45,880 nt of DNA from a virus (IMGVR_UViG_2870484749_000003:1-45880), one strand, 5' to 3'. Shown: positions 26,731 through 38,234, counted from the first letter of the stretch. Notes: generated by a model from the sequence alone, not told the origin. Made by a program: numbers and translations.

Positions 26731-27309
26731 ATGAAGGGGCTTGAGAATGCCATCCGTAATCTGAACAGCCTTGATACCCGTATGGTGCCACAGGCCAGCG
26801 CATGGGCGATAAACCGTGTGGCACAGAAAGCGGTCTCGGTCGCCACCCGGCAGGTTGCCGGGAATACCGTTGCGGGAGATAACCAGGTGAAAGGGATCCC
26901 CCTGAAACTGGTACGTCAGCGTGTCCGGGTGTTTAAAGCCAGTCCGTCAGGAAAAATGACGGCCAGGATCCGCGTTAACCGGGGCAATCTGCCCGCTATT
27001 AAGCTGGGGACAGCCCGGGTCAGACTGGCCCGGCGTGGTGGAAAACTGCAGTACCGTGGCAGTGTGCTGAAGGTGGGTAAATATCTTTTCCGGGATGCGT
27101 TTATTCAGCAACTGGCGAATGGTCGCTGGCATGTGATGCGGCGTATTGATGGCAAAAATCGTTACCCCATTGATGTGGTGAAAATCCCGCTGTCCGGACC
27201 GCTGACACAGGCATTTGAAGATGCCCGCGACCGCATCATTGCTGCGGAAATGCCGAAACAGCTGGGGTATGCACTGAAACAACAACTGAGGTTATGGCTG
27301 ACCCGATGA
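26731..27309 (+). CDS. Z: tail completion protein Z-like
   Basis: 192 aa immediately upstream of the U gene, same size and position as lambda Z. Confidence 0.65.
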   Translation: MKGLENAIRNLNSLDTRMVPQASAWAINRVAQKAVSVATRQVAGNTVAGDNQVKGIPLKLVRQRVRVFKASPSGKMTARIRVNRGNLPAIKLGTARVRLARRGGKLQYRGSVLKVGKYLFRDAFIQQLANGRWHVMRRIDGKNRYPIDVVKIPLSGPLTQAFEDARDRIIAAEMPKQLGYALKQQLRLWLTR

Positions 27310-27707
27310 ACCGACATACACAAATCCGCCAGGCCGTACTGGCACGCCTTCGGGAACAGTGTGGAGACAGCGCCACGTTTTTTGACGGGCTTCCGGCATT
27401 TATTGATGCGCAGGAACTGCCTGCCGTGGCGGTGTGGCTGAGTGATGCTCAGTACACCGGAAAAATGACGGATGAAGATGACTGGCAGGCTGTTCTGCAT
27501 ATTGCTGTCTTCATCCGGGCACAGGCACCGGATTCAGAGCTGGATATGTGGATGGAGAGCACCATTTTCCCGGCTCTGAATGATATACCGGCACTTTCCG
27601 GACTCATCGACACCCTGATCCCTCTCGGTTTTAACTATCAACGTGATAATGAGATGGCCACCTGGGCGATGGCGGAAATCACGTACCAGATCACGTACAC
27701 GAATTAA
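27306..27707 (+). CDS. U: tail terminator protein U
   Basis: ATG overlaps the Z stop; TFFDGLPAFIDAQELPAVAVWLSDAQYTG resembles lambda U. Confidence 0.8.
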   Translation: MNRHTQIRQAVLARLREQCGDSATFFDGLPAFIDAQELPAVAVWLSDAQYTGKMTDEDDWQAVLHIAVFIRAQAPDSELDMWMESTIFPALNDIPALSGLIDTLIPLGFNYQRDNEMATWAMAEITYQITYTN

Positions 27708-27718
27708 AGGAGGTGGCA

Positions 27719-28462
27719 ATGACCACACCAAATCCACTGGCAAAAACGAAAGGTGCGGGAACGACGTTCTGGATGTACACCGGCAAGGGCGATGCGTTTG
27801 CGAACCCTTTATCGGACACTGACTGGCTGCGTCTTGCGATGGTGAAGGATCTGCAGCCTGGCGAAATGACCGCTGATGCAGAAGATGACACTTATCTCGA
27901 TGATGAAGATGCAGACTGGAAAACGACAACCCAGGGGCAGAAATCCGTCGGTGATACTTCGGCGACGCTGGCCTGGCGTCCGGGTGACAGCGGGCAGAAA
28001 AAACTGGTTCAGTTGTTCGACTCCGGTGAAGTCTGCGCGTTTCGTATCAAATATCCCAACGGTACTGTTGATGTTTTCCGTGGCTGGCTGAGTTCACTGG
28101 GTAAAACCATTGCCTCAAAAGACGTGATGACCCGCACAGTGAAAATCAGCGGTGTGGGGCGTCCGTATCTGGCAGAAGAAGGCACTGAAACCGTGGGCGT
28201 TACCGGGCTGACGGTGGCACCGGCATCTGCCAGTGTAAAAGTGGGAGCAACCACCACGCTGACCTTTACAGTAAAACCTGACGGAGCCAGTGACAAAGCG
28301 ATCAGTGTGCATTCGACAGATCCACAGACTGCCACGGTGACCCTGAACGGGCTTGTGGCCACGGTGAAAGGCGTGAAGCAGGGCAGTGTCAGCATTGTGG
28401 GCATGACTTCTGACGGCGATTTTGTGGCAGTGACTACGGTGGCTGTCAGCGCCGCAGGTTAA
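27719..28462 (+). CDS. V: major tail protein V (with C-terminal Big_2-like domain)
   Basis: KGAGTTFWMY...ANPLSD...DDEDADW...FRGWLSSLGK closely matches lambda V as recalled; GGAGG RBS. Confidence 0.9.
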   Translation: MTTPNPLAKTKGAGTTFWMYTGKGDAFANPLSDTDWLRLAMVKDLQPGEMTADAEDDTYLDDEDADWKTTTQGQKSVGDTSATLAWRPGDSGQKKLVQLFDSGEVCAFRIKYPNGTVDVFRGWLSSLGKTIASKDVMTRTVKISGVGRPYLAEEGTETVGVTGLTVAPASASVKVGATTTLTFTVKPDGASDKAISVHSTDPQTATVTLNGLVATVKGVKQGSVSIVGMTSDGDFVAVTTVAVSAAG

Positions 28463-28482
28463 CAGGACGATACTCATCATTT

Positions 28483-28507
28483 GCCCCGGTTATCCGGGGC
28501 TTTTTTG
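28483..28507 (+). terminator. rho-independent terminator after V
   Basis: gccccgg-ttat-ccggggc hairpin followed by tttttt. Confidence 0.65.
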
Positions 28508-28519
28508 CAGGTGGAGAAC

Positions 28520-28909
28520 ATGATGTTTCTGAAACAGGGCACGTTTAATTATGAAAAGCAGTCCGTGGTGCTCAGTGAGCTGTCCGGGCTGCAGAGAATT
28601 GAATATCTGGCGTTTGTTCAGCAGCGAACGGCAAAGTTTGATGCCGAAGAGGGAGAACTGCCGGAGGCTGAACGACAGATTGCTTTTCTGCGGATGGGGA
28701 TGGATATCAATGCCTGGCTGGTTTCCCGCTCACTGTGGAATGCGGATCAGTCTAAGGATGTAGAGACGCTTTGCGCATCCGTTATTACAACATGGTCGTA
28801 TGATGCCCTGGGGGCGGGGGCGGAGATGGTTCTGTCGCTGAGCGGTATGGGGACCATTGATAATGCCGGGGATGATGAGCATGAGGCGCTGACGCCGGAA
28901 AAGTCCTGA
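28520..28909 (+). CDS. G: tail assembly chaperone G
   Basis: Starts MMFLKQGTFNYE with GGAG RBS, after the V terminator. Confidence 0.8.
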   Translation: MMFLKQGTFNYEKQSVVLSELSGLQRIEYLAFVQQRTAKFDAEEGELPEAERQIAFLRMGMDINAWLVSRSLWNADQSKDVETLCASVITTWSYDALGAGAEMVLSLSGMGTIDNAGDDEHEALTPEKS

Positions 28910-29247
28910 CGCGGGAAATGCAGTTTGTCATGCGGCTTGCCCGGGAGTTCCGGCGGGCAGACTGGCGGCGGATGCTGTCGGAAATGTCGGCCACTGAGCT
29001 TGGTGAGTGGGGCGATTATTTCCGGATGCAGAGCTTCAGTGATGTGTGGATGGATGCGCAGTTTGCCTCGCTGAAGGCATTGATCGTGAGAATGGTGTCC
29101 GGCAGTAGTGATGCTGCGGTGGCTGATTTCAGCCTTTTACCGGAAGAGAACGGGATACCGGAGCGAACGGACGAAGAACTGATGCATCTTGGGGAAGGTA
29201 TTTCCGGAGGTGTGCGTTATGGACCAGATAGCCAACCTGGTCATTGA
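28897..29247 (+). CDS. T: T portion of the G-T tail assembly chaperone, reached by -1 programmed frameshift
   Basis: The -1 frame is open from 28885 and the G stop is at 28907-28909, so the shift must occur in 28885-28906; the only slippery-like run is GGAAAAG at 28897-28903. Confidence 0.6.
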   Translation, partial: GKVLTREMQFVMRLAREFRRADWRRMLSEMSATELGEWGDYFRMQSFSDVWMDAQFASLKALIVRMVSGSSDAAVADFSLLPEENGIPERTDEELMHLGEGISGGVRYGPDSQPGH

Positions 29248-32200
29248 TTTGGGGATTGATGCGGCAGAGTTTAAAAATGAAATCCCCCGTATCAAAAACC
29301 TTCTGAATGGTGCAGCCAGCGATGCAGAACGGTCTTCTGCCCGTATGCAGCGTTTTATGGAGCGTCAGACTCAGGCCGCCCGGCAGACAACGCAGGCGGC
29401 TTCTTCGGCTGCAACAGCCGCATCCGTCCATGCGCAGACGGTGGAGAAGAACGCACAGGCTCATGAACGCATGGCCCGCGAGGTGGAGAAAACCCGCCAG
29501 CGCATGGAGGCACTGAGCCAGAAAATGCGTGAGGAACAGGCGCAGGCCATGGCTCTGGCGGAGGCTCAGGATAAAGCGGCTGCTGCGTTTTATCGTCAGA
29601 TTGACAGTGTGAAACAGGCCAGTGCGGGGCTGCAGGAATTACAGCGTATTCAGCAGCAGGTCCGACAGGCCAGAAACAGTGGCGGGATTGGTCAGCAGGA
29701 TTATCTGGCGCTGATTTCTGAGGTTACGGCGAAAACCCGTGTTCTTACACAGGCTGAGGAAGAGGCTACCCGACAGAAAGTGGCGTTTATCCGTCAGCTT
29801 AAAGAGCAGGCAACCCGCCAGAATCTTTCATCTTCTGAGTTGCTTCGTGCCAGGGCAGCCCAGCTGGGGGTAAGCAGTGCTGCAGAAGTGTATATCCGCA
29901 AAATGGAGCAGGCAGGAAAAGCCACGCATTCGCTGGGTCTGAAAAGTGCAGCAGCCCGCCAGGAGATAGGCGTTCTGATAGGTGAACTGGCCCGTGGCAA
30001 TTTAGGAGCGCTGAGGGGAACCGGGATAACGCTGGCTAACCGTGCCGGATGGATAGACACACTGATGTCACCGAAAGGCATGATGCTGGGCGGGGTTATT
30101 GGCGGTATTGCCGCGGCCGTCTATGGTCTGGGTAAAGCCTGGTATGACGGTCAGAAGGAGGGGGAAGAATTTAACCGCCAGCTGTCACTGACGGGGCATT
30201 ATGCCGGAGTCACTGCCGGGCAGCTGTGGACGCTCAGTCGTGCTATTTCCGGAAATGGTATCACGCAACATGCTGCAGCCGGTGCGCTGGCTCAGGTGGT
30301 GGGGAGTGGTGCATTTCGTGGAAACGATATCGGTATGGTGGCGAGAGCTGCCGCACAGATGGAGCGATCGGTTGGCCAGTCGGTCAGCGATACCATAAAT
30401 CAGTTTAAGCGGCTGAAGGATGATCCTGTAAATGCCGCGAAGGCTCTGGACAATGAGCTGCATTTTCTTACTGCCACTCAGCTTGAGCAGATACGCGTCC
30501 TTGGGGATCAGGGGCGGTCCAGTGATGCGGCACGGATAGCCATGTCTGCACTGGCAGAGGAAACCGGTCGGCGTACTGCGGATATTGATAATAACCTCAA
30601 TGCGCTGGGCAGTACGCTGAAGTATCTGTCTGATTTATGGAGTCGTTTCTGGGATGCGGCCATGAATATTGGTCGTGAAGACTCGCTGGATGAACAGATT
30701 GCCGCTTTACAGGAGAAAGTGTCGCGGGCGAAAAGACTCCCCTGGACGGCATCATCTTCTCAGGTTGAATACGATCAGCAGCGTCTTAACGATCTTCAGG
30801 AGAAAAAACGCCAGAAGGATTTGCAGGATGCAAAAGAGCAGGCAGAGCGGAATTATCAGGAGCAACAGAAACGCCGTAATGCTGAAAATGCTGCACTGAA
30901 CCGGATGAATGAAACGGAAGCAGCACGACATCAGCGTGAAATTGCGCGTATTAATGCCATGCAGTACGCCGATCAGGCTGTCAGGGATGCGGCGATACAA
31001 CGTGAAAATGAACGTTACGAGAAAGCCCTGGCATCCGGTAAGAAAAAAACACGCGAAACCCGTAATGATGAGGCCACCCGGTTATTGCTGCAGTACAGTC
31101 AGCAACAGGCACAGGTGGAAGGACAGATTGCTGCTGCCAGACAGTCAGCAGGCATTGCCACGGAAAGGATGACAGAAGCGCATAAACAGCTTCTGGCTCT
31201 GCAGCAGCGCATCAGCGACCTGGACGGGAAAAAACTGACGGCAGATGAAAAGAGTGTGCTGGCCCGTAAAGATGAACTGATTCAGGCACTGACGCTGCTG
31301 GATGTAAAACAGCAGGAGCTTCAGAAACAGACGGCACTCAACGAGCTGAAGAAAAAAACAATTCAGCTGACCAGTCAACTGGCTGAAGAAGAGCGCGCTC
31401 AGCGTCAGCAACATGACCTGGATATCGCCACGGTGGGTATGGGTGATCAGCAGCGGCAGCGATATCAGGTACAACTGAGTCTTCGCCAGAAATACCAGCA
31501 ACAGCTGGAGCAGTTGAGGCGGGATAGTGAGCAGAAAGGGACATATAACACGGATGACTACAGAAAGGCCGAGCAGGCGCTGACGGAGAGCCTGAACCGA
31601 CAACTGAATGAGAATCGCCGTTACTGGCAACAGCTTGAAGTTGTGCAGGGTGACTGGAAAAACGGAGTCCTGCGTGCACTCCAGAATGTCACTGAGAATG
31701 CGGATAACACAGCCGGGACAGTGGAACAGTTGTTCACGTCTGCGTTCAGTAGCATGAGTGACTGGCTGGCGACATTCTGTACTACAGGCAAACTCAATTT
31801 CAAATCCTTCACCTCTTCTGTGCTGTCAGATATGTCCAGAATCATGGCTCAGATAGCTTTAATGAAAGCGGTAAAAGGCATTGCTTCCGCGCTGCCTTTT
31901 GATTTTGTAGCCAATGCTGATGGCGGTGTTTATCAGTCGGCTGATTTGAGTCGCTACAGTGGCACGGTGGTTAACCGTCCGACGTTTTTTGCTTTTGCAA
32001 AAGGCGCGGGTGTGATGGGGGAAGCGGGACCTGAAGCCATTCTGCCACTGCGTCGTGATGCTGACGGTAAGCTGGGGGTTGTGGCGGATATTGGTGGTTC
32101 AGGTATGGCGATGTTTGCCCCGCAGTACAACATAGAGATCAATAACGATGGCACGAACGGGCAGATAGGTCCGGCTGCTCTGAAGGTGGTTTATGACCTC

Positions 32201-32275
32201 GGGAAAAAAGCAGCAGCGGACTTTATGCAACAGCAGGCCCGTGATGGTGGTCGGTTAAGTGGAGCATATCGGTAA
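29219..32275 (+). CDS. H: tail tape measure protein H
   Basis: About 1020 aa, coiled-coil rich, between G-T and M. Confidence 0.9.
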   Translation: MDQIANLVIDLGIDAAEFKNEIPRIKNLLNGAASDAERSSARMQRFMERQTQAARQTTQAASSAATAASVHAQTVEKNAQAHERMAREVEKTRQRMEALSQKMREEQAQAMALAEAQDKAAAAFYRQIDSVKQASAGLQELQRIQQQVRQARNSGGIGQQDYLALISEVTAKTRVLTQAEEEATRQKVAFIRQLKEQATRQNLSSSELLRARAAQLGVSSAAEVYIRKMEQAGKATHSLGLKSAAARQEIGVLIGELARGNLGALRGTGITLANRAGWIDTLMSPKGMMLGGVIGGIAAAVYGLGKAWYDGQKEGEEFNRQLSLTGHYAGVTAGQLWTLSRAISGNGITQHAAAGALAQVVGSGAFRGNDIGMVARAAAQMERSVGQSVSDTINQFKRLKDDPVNAAKALDNELHFLTATQLEQIRVLGDQGRSSDAARIAMSALAEETGRRTADIDNNLNALGSTLKYLSDLWSRFWDAAMNIGREDSLDEQIAALQEKVSRAKRLPWTASSSQVEYDQQRLNDLQEKKRQKDLQDAKEQAERNYQEQQKRRNAENAALNRMNETEAARHQREIARINAMQYADQAVRDAAIQRENERYEKALASGKKKTRETRNDEATRLLLQYSQQQAQVEGQIAAARQSAGIATERMTEAHKQLLALQQRISDLDGKKLTADEKSVLARKDELIQALTLLDVKQQELQKQTALNELKKKTIQLTSQLAEEERAQRQQHDLDIATVGMGDQQRQRYQVQLSLRQKYQQQLEQLRRDSEQKGTYNTDDYRKAEQALTESLNRQLNENRRYWQQLEVVQGDWKNGVLRALQNVTENADNTAGTVEQLFTSAFSSMSDWLATFCTTGKLNFKSFTSSVLSDMSRIMAQIALMKAVKGIASALPFDFVANADGGVYQSADLSRYSGTVVNRPTFFAFAKGAGVMGEAGPEAILPLRRDADGKLGVVADIGGSGMAMFAPQYNIEINNDGTNGQIGPAALKVVYDLGKKAAADFMQQQARDGGRLSGAYR

Positions 32276-32604
32276 TGGAGACGTTTCACTGGAAAGTGCG
32301 CCCGGATATGAATGTGGTATCAGAGCCGAAAGTGGTGACAGTGAAGCTGGGCGATGGTTATGAACAGCGTCGTGCGGCGGGACTGAATAACCAGTTGTCG
32401 ACTTACAGCGTGACGATACGTGTTCGTAAATGTGAACACCCATCTTTAAAAGCCTTTCTGGAACGGCACGGTGGCGTCCGCGCATTTCAGTGGACGCCAC
32501 CTTATGACTGGAAGCCGATCAGGGTGGTTTGTCGTAAATGGTCGGCAAGCGTGGGGGCGCTGTGGGTAACCATAACGGCAGATTTTGAACAGGTCGTGGC
32601 ATAG
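32275..32604 (+). CDS. M: minor tail protein M
   Basis: ATG overlaps the H stop; 109 aa. Confidence 0.9.
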   Translation: METFHWKVRPDMNVVSEPKVVTVKLGDGYEQRRAAGLNNQLSTYSVTIRVRKCEHPSLKAFLERHGGVRAFQWTPPYDWKPIRVVCRKWSASVGALWVTITADFEQVVA

Positions 32605-32613
32605 GAGGCTCTG

Positions 32614-33312
32614 ATGCAGGATATTCCACAGGAAACACATCATGAGACGACACGCCTCACTCAGTCAGCCCAGGTGGTGCTCTGGGAAATCGATCTGACA
32701 GTGGTCGGTGGAGAACGTTATTTTTTCTGTAATGAGCAGAACGAAAAAGGTGAGCCGGTCACCTGGCAGGGGCGACAGTATCAGGCGTATCCCATTCAGG
32801 GGACGGGATTTGAACTGAACGGCAAGGGCAGTGCTGCCCGTCCGACACTGACGGTTTCTAACCTGCACGGCATGGTCACCGGGATGGCGGAAGACCTGCA
32901 GAGTCTGGTCGGAGGAACGGTGGTCCGGCGTAAGGTTTACGCCCGCTTTCTGGATGCGGTGAACTTCGTCAACGGAAACAGCGAAGCCGATCCGGAGCAG
33001 GAGGTGATCAGCCGCTGGCGCATCGAGCAGTGCAGCGAACTGAGCGCGGTGAGTGCCTCTTTTGTACTGTCCACGCCGACGGAAACGGACGGTGCCGTTT
33101 TTCCGGGACGTATCATGCTGGCCAACACCTGCACCTGGACCTATCGCGGTGATGAGTGCGGTTATCACGGTCCGGCGGTCGCGGATGAATATGATCAGCC
33201 GACGTCCGATATCACGAAGGATAAATGCAGCAAATGCCTGAGTGGCTGTAAGTTTCGCAATAATGTCGGCAACTTTGGCAGCTTCCTTTCCATTAACAAA
33301 CTTTCGCAGTAA
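32614..33312 (+). CDS. L: minor tail protein L
   Basis: 232 aa with C-terminal cysteine cluster, lambda L-like. Confidence 0.9.
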   Translation: MQDIPQETHHETTRLTQSAQVVLWEIDLTVVGGERYFFCNEQNEKGEPVTWQGRQYQAYPIQGTGFELNGKGSAARPTLTVSNLHGMVTGMAEDLQSLVGGTVVRRKVYARFLDAVNFVNGNSEADPEQEVISRWRIEQCSELSAVSASFVLSTPTETDGAVFPGRIMLANTCTWTYRGDECGYHGPAVADEYDQPTSDITKDKCSKCLSGCKFRNNVGNFGSFLSINKLSQ

Positions 33313-33317
33313 ATCCC

Positions 33318-34061
33318 ATGACACAGACAGAATCAGCGATTCTGGCGCACGCCCGGCGATGTGCGCCAGCGGAGTCGTGCGGCTTCGTGGTGAGAACGCC
33401 GGAGGGGGAAAGATATTTTCCCTGCGTGAATATCTCCGGTGAGCCGGAGGATTATTTCCGGATGGCTCCGGAGGACTGGCTGCAGACAGAAATGCAGGGT
33501 GAGATTGTGGCGCTGGTCCACAGCCACCCCGGTGGTCTGCCCTGGCTGAGTGAGGCCGACCGGCGGCTGCAGGTGCAGAGTGATTTGCCGTGGTGGCTGG
33601 TTTGCCGGGGGGCGATTCACAAGTTCCGCTGTGTGCCACATCTTTCCGGGCGGCGCTTTGAGCACGGGGTGACGGACTGTTACACGCTGTTCCGGGATGC
33701 TTACCATCTGGCGGGGATTGAGATGCCGGATTTTCATCGCGAGGATGACTGGTGGCGTAACGGTCAGAATCTCTATCTGGATAATCTGGAGGCCACAGGG
33801 CTGTATCAGGTGCCGTTGTCAGCGGCGCAGCCGGGCGATGTGCTGCTGTGCTGTTTTGGTTCATCGGTGCCGAATCATGCCGCCATTTACTGTGGTGACA
33901 GCGAGCTGCTGCACCATATTCCTGAACAACTGAGCAAACGAGAGAGGTACACCGACAAATGGCAGCGACGCACACACTCCCTCTGGCGTCACCGGGCATG
34001 GCACGCATCTGCCTTTACGGGGATTTACAACGATTTGGCCGCCGCATCGACCTTCGAGTGA
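33318..34061 (+). CDS. K: tail assembly protein K (NlpC/P60 and JAB-like domains)
   Basis: Closely matches lambda K as recalled (MTQTESAILAHARRCAPAESCGFVV...). Confidence 0.9.
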   Translation: MTQTESAILAHARRCAPAESCGFVVRTPEGERYFPCVNISGEPEDYFRMAPEDWLQTEMQGEIVALVHSHPGGLPWLSEADRRLQVQSDLPWWLVCRGAIHKFRCVPHLSGRRFEHGVTDCYTLFRDAYHLAGIEMPDFHREDDWWRNGQNLYLDNLEATGLYQVPLSAAQPGDVLLCCFGSSVPNHAAIYCGDSELLHHIPEQLSKRERYTDKWQRRTHSLWRHRAWHASAFTGIYNDLAAASTFE

Positions 34062-34606
34062 AAACGGGGTCCGAAGCCATCCGGGCGCTGGCCATGCAGA
34101 ACCCGGCGTTTCGTCAGAAACTGAGTGACGGCTGGTACCAGGTACGCATTGCCGGGCGTGATGCAGGTGAAACCGAATTGTCTGCCCGTCTTAATGAGCC
34201 GCTGGCAAATGGTGCCGTGATCCACATCGTGCCGCGTCTGGCGGGAGCTAAAAGTGGAGGTGTGTTTCAGGTGGTGCTGGGGGCGGCGCTGATTGCGGTG
34301 GCATGGTGGAACCCTGTGGGCTGGCTGGGTGCCGCGGCTGTATCGGGCATGTATGCGGCAGGGGCCAGTATGATCCTGGGCGGAGTGGCGCAGATGCTGG
34401 CACCGAAAGCCAGGACGCCCACGGCAGCAAGTACAGATAACGGCAAACAGAACACCTATTTCTCCTCACTGGATAACATGGTTGCCCAGGGCAATGTTCT
34501 GCCGGTTCTGTACGGTGAAATGCGCGTGGGGTCTCGCGTGGTTTCTCAGGAGATCAGCACGGCAGACGAAGGGGACGGTGGTCAGGTTGTGGTGATTGGT
34601 CGCTGA
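33959..34606 (+). CDS. I: tail assembly protein I
   Basis: MAATHTLPLASPGMARICLYGDLQRFGRRIDLRVKTG... matches lambda I as recalled; overlaps the K 3' end. Confidence 0.9.
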   Translation: MAATHTLPLASPGMARICLYGDLQRFGRRIDLRVKTGSEAIRALAMQNPAFRQKLSDGWYQVRIAGRDAGETELSARLNEPLANGAVIHIVPRLAGAKSGGVFQVVLGAALIAVAWWNPVGWLGAAAVSGMYAAGASMILGGVAQMLAPKARTPTAASTDNGKQNTYFSSLDNMVAQGNVLPVLYGEMRVGSRVVSQEISTADEGDGGQVVVIGR

Positions 34607-34666
34607 TGCAAAATGTTTTATGTGAAACCGCCTGCGGGCGGTTTTGTCATTTATGGAGCGTGAGGA

Positions 34667-37600
34667 ATGGGTAAAGGCAGCAGTAAGGGGCATACCCCGC
34701 GCGAAGCGAAGGACAACCTGAAGTCCACGCAGCTGCTGAGTGTGATCGATGCCATCAGCGAAGGGCCGGTTGAAGGTCCGGTGGATGGATTAAAAAGCGT
34801 GCTGCTGAACAGTACGCCGGTGCTGGACAGTGATGGGAATACCAACATCGCCGGTGTCACGGTGGTGTTCCGGGCCGGTGAGCAGGAGCAGACTCCGCCG
34901 GAGGGATTTGAATCCTCCGGCTCCGAGACGGTGTTGGGTACGGAAGTGAAATACGACACGCCGATCACCCGGACCATCACGTCGGCAAACATTGACCGTC
35001 TGCGTTTTACTTTCGGCGTGCAGGCACTGGTGGAAACCACCTCAAAGGGGGACAGGAATCCATCGGAAGTCCGCCTGCTGGTTCAGATACAACGTAACGG
35101 TGGCTGGGTGACGGAAAAAGACATCACCATTAAGGGTAAAACCACTTCACAGTATCTGGCCTCGGTGGTGGTGGATAACCTGCCGCCGCGCCCGTTTAAT
35201 ATCCGGATGCGCAGGATGACGCCGGACAGCACCACAGACCAGCTGCAGAACAAAACGCTCTGGTCGTCATACACCGAAATTATCGATGTGAAACAGTGCT
35301 ACCCGAACACGGCACTGGTCGGCGTGCAGGTGGACTCGGAGCAGTTCGGCAGCCAGCAGGTGAGCCGTAATTATCATCTGCGCGGGCGTATTCTGCAGGT
35401 GCCGTCGAATTATAACCCGCAGACGCGGCAATACAGCGGTATCTGGGACGGAACGTTTAAACCGGCATACAGCAACAACCCGGCCTGGTGTCTGTGGGAT
35501 ATGCTGACCCATCCGCGCTACGGCATGGGGAAACGTCTTGGTGCGGTGGATGTGGATAAATGGGCGCTGTATCTTATCGGCCAGTACTGCGACCAGTCAG
35601 TGCCGGACGGCTTTGGCGGCACGGAGCCGCGCATCACCTGTAATGCCTGGCTGACCACACAGCGTAAGGCGTGGGATGTGCTCAGCGATTTCTGCTCGGC
35701 GATGCGCTGTATGCCGGTATGGAACGGGCAGACGCTGACGTTCGTGCAGGACCGACCGTCGGATAAGGTGTGGACCTATAACCGCAGTAATGTGGTGATG
35801 CCGGATGATGGCGCGCCGTTCCGCTACAGTTTCAGCGCCCTGAAAGACCGCCATAATGCCGTTGAGGTGAACTGGATTGACCCGGATAACGGCTGGGAGA
35901 CGGCGACAGAGCTTGTGGAGGACACGCAGGCCATTCTCCGTTACGGTCGTAACGTCACGAAGATGGATGCCTTTGGCTGTACCAGCCGGGGGCAGGCACA
36001 CCGCGCCGGGCTGTGGCTGATTAAAACGGAGCTGCTGGAGACGCAGACCGTGGACTTCAGCGTGGGTGCCGAAGGGCTTCGCCATGTACCGGGCGATGTC
36101 ATTGAAATCTGCGATGATGACTATGCCGGTATCAGCACCGGCGGGCGCGTGCTGGCGGTGAACAGCCAGACCCGGACGCTGACGCTCGACCGTGAAATCA
36201 CGCTGCCATCTTCCGGTACCACGCTGATAAGCCTGGTTGACGGGCAGGGGAGTCCGGTCAGCGTGGAGGTCCAGTCCGTCACCGACGGCGTGAAGGTGAA
36301 AGTGAGCCGTGTTCCTGACGGCGTTGCCGGATACAGCGTATGGGGGCTGAAGCTGCCGACGCTGCGCCAGCGCCTGTTCCGCTGCGTGAGTATCCGTGAG
36401 AACGATGACGGCACGTATGCCATCACCGCCGTGCAGCATGTACCGGAAAAAGAGGCCATCGTGGATAACGGGGCGCACTTTGACGGCGACCAGAGCGGCA
36501 CGGTGAATGGTGTCACGCCGCCAGCGGTGCAGCACCTGACTGCCGAAGTCACCGCAGACAGCGGGGAATATCAGGTGCTGGCGCGCTGGGACACGCCGAA
36601 GGTGGTGAAGGGGGTGAGCTTCCTGCTCCGTCTGACCGTAACAGCGGACGACGGCAGTGAGCGGCTGGTCAGCACGGCCCGGACGACGGAAACCACATAC
36701 CGCTTCAGGCAACTGGCGCTGGGGAACTACAGGCTGACAGTCCGGGCGGTAAATGCGTGGGGGCAGCAGGGCGATCCGGCGTCGGTATCGTTCCGGATTG
36801 CCGCACCGGCAGCACCGTCGAGGATTGAGCTGACGCCGGGCTATTTTCAGATAACCGCCACGCCGCATCTTGCCGTTTATGACCCGACGGTACAGTTTGA
36901 GTTCTGGTTCTCGGAAAAACGGATTGCGGATATCAGGCAGGTTGAAACCAGCGCGCGTTATCTTGGTACGGCACTGTACTGGATAGCCGCCAGTATCAAT
37001 ATCAAACCGGGCCATGATTATTATTTTTACGTTCGCAGTGTGAACACCGTTGGCAAATCGGCATTCGTGGAGGCTGTCGGTCAGCCGAGTGATGATGCAT
37101 CAGGCTATCTGGATTTTTTCAAAGGCGAGATAGGGAAAACCCATCTGGCTCAGGAGCTGTGGACGCAGATTGATAACGGTCAGCTTGCGCCTGACCTGAC
37201 TGAAATCAGGACGTCCATAACGGATGTCAGCAATGAAATAACACAGACCGTCAATAAGAAACTGGAAGACCAGAGTGCGGCAATCCAGCAGATACAGAAG
37301 GTTCAGGTTGATACAAATAATAACCTGAACAGCATGTGGGCAGTGAAGCTGCAGCAGATGCAGGACGGACGCCTTTATATTGCGGGTATCGGTGCCGGTA
37401 TTGAGAACACCCCTGACGGCATGCAGAGTCAGGTGCTGCTGGCAGCAGACAGGATTGCGATGATTAATCCTGCGAATGGCAACACAAAGCCGATGTTTGT
37501 TGGTCAGGGCGATCAGATATTCATGAATGAAGTGTTCCTGAAACGCCTGACGGCCCCCACCATTACCAGCGGTGGCAGTCCTCCGGTATTTTCCCTGACA

Positions 37601-38164
37601 TCAGACGGAAAGCTGACCGCTAAAAATGCGGATATCAGTGGTAGTGTGAATGCGAACTCAGGAACGCTCAACAATGTCACGATTAACCAGAACTGTACGA
37701 TTAAGGGCATGCTGGAGGCGACCCAGGTCAGAGGGGATTTCGTTAAAGCTGTATCAAAAGCCTTCCCGAAAAAAGTCGGTACGTGGGGTAACACGGAAAC
37801 ACCAAACGGTACGGTTACAGTCACCATCAGCGATGATCATAACTTTGACCGCCAGATTATTATTCCGCCCATTATCTTTAACGGAATAGCGTATAGCGAT
37901 CCGGGAAGTGGTAATAACCCGGGAGGTACAAGATACACGGGTTATGGTTTTGAAGTTCGCAAAAACGGCGTATTAATCGCATCCAGAGAAACTAAAGGGG
38001 CCATTCCCGGTAGTTACAGTGCGGTTATTGATATGCCGAGTGGCAGGGGAAGCGTCACTCTGGAGTTTAAGATTTTCCAGAAAGGCAATCAGGGGGCAGG
38101 CAATATCACCGACTGTACGGTGATTGTGACCAAAAAGGCTGCTTCCGGCATCAGTATTCGTTGA
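34667..38164 (+). CDS. J: host specificity / central tail fibre protein J
   Basis: 1165 aa; [34 protein letters not shown]... matches lambda J as recalled. Confidence 0.95.
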   Translation: MGKGSSKGHTPREAKDNLKSTQLLSVIDAISEGPVEGPVDGLKSVLLNSTPVLDSDGNTNIAGVTVVFRAGEQEQTPPEGFESSGSETVLGTEVKYDTPITRTITSANIDRLRFTFGVQALVETTSKGDRNPSEVRLLVQIQRNGGWVTEKDITIKGKTTSQYLASVVVDNLPPRPFNIRMRRMTPDSTTDQLQNKTLWSSYTEIIDVKQCYPNTALVGVQVDSEQFGSQQVSRNYHLRGRILQVPSNYNPQTRQYSGIWDGTFKPAYSNNPAWCLWDMLTHPRYGMGKRLGAVDVDKWALYLIGQYCDQSVPDGFGGTEPRITCNAWLTTQRKAWDVLSDFCSAMRCMPVWNGQTLTFVQDRPSDKVWTYNRSNVVMPDDGAPFRYSFSALKDRHNAVEVNWIDPDNGWETATELVEDTQAILRYGRNVTKMDAFGCTSRGQAHRAGLWLIKTELLETQTVDFSVGAEGLRHVPGDVIEICDDDYAGISTGGRVLAVNSQTRTLTLDREITLPSSGTTLISLVDGQGSPVSVEVQSVTDGVKVKVSRVPDGVAGYSVWGLKLPTLRQRLFRCVSIRENDDGTYAITAVQHVPEKEAIVDNGAHFDGDQSGTVNGVTPPAVQHLTAEVTADSGEYQVLARWDTPKVVKGVSFLLRLTVTADDGSERLVSTARTTETTYRFRQLALGNYRLTVRAVNAWGQQGDPASVSFRIAAPAAPSRIELTPGYFQITATPHLAVYDPTVQFEFWFSEKRIADIRQVETSARYLGTALYWIAASINIKPGHDYYFYVRSVNTVGKSAFVEAVGQPSDDASGYLDFFKGEIGKTHLAQELWTQIDNGQLAPDLTEIRTSITDVSNEITQTVNKKLEDQSAAIQQIQKVQVDTNNNLNSMWAVKLQQMQDGRLYIAGIGAGIENTPDGMQSQVLLAADRIAMINPANGNTKPMFVGQGDQIFMNEVFLKRLTAPTITSGGSPPVFSLTSDGKLTAKNADISGSVNANSGTLNNVTINQNCTIKGMLEATQVRGDFVKAVSKAFPKKVGTWGNTETPNGTVTVTISDDHNFDRQIIIPPIIFNGIAYSDPGSGNNPGGTRYTGYGFEVRKNGVLIASRETKGAIPGSYSAVIDMPSGRGSVTLEFKIFQKGNQGAGNITDCTVIVTKKAASGISIR

Positions 38165-38185
38165 AATTGTTATAACCCCAATAAA

Positions 38186-38212
38186 GGGCGTCAGGAATGA
38201 CGCCTTTTTTAT
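38186..38212 (+). terminator. rho-independent terminator after J
   Basis: ggcgtca-ggaa-tgacgcc hairpin then tttttta. Confidence 0.65.
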
Positions 38213-38234
38213 TGCAGAAAAGCGAGAGGTAATT

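Noticed and set aside
32665-34008. 447 aa ORF on the minus strand
   Set aside because: Antisense to the lambda-like L, K and I tail genes; proline/arginine/alanine-rich composition typical of GC-rich antisense frames.
35597-37015. 472 aa ORF on the minus strand
   Set aside because: Lies entirely antisense to the J gene, which is clearly the real coding frame.
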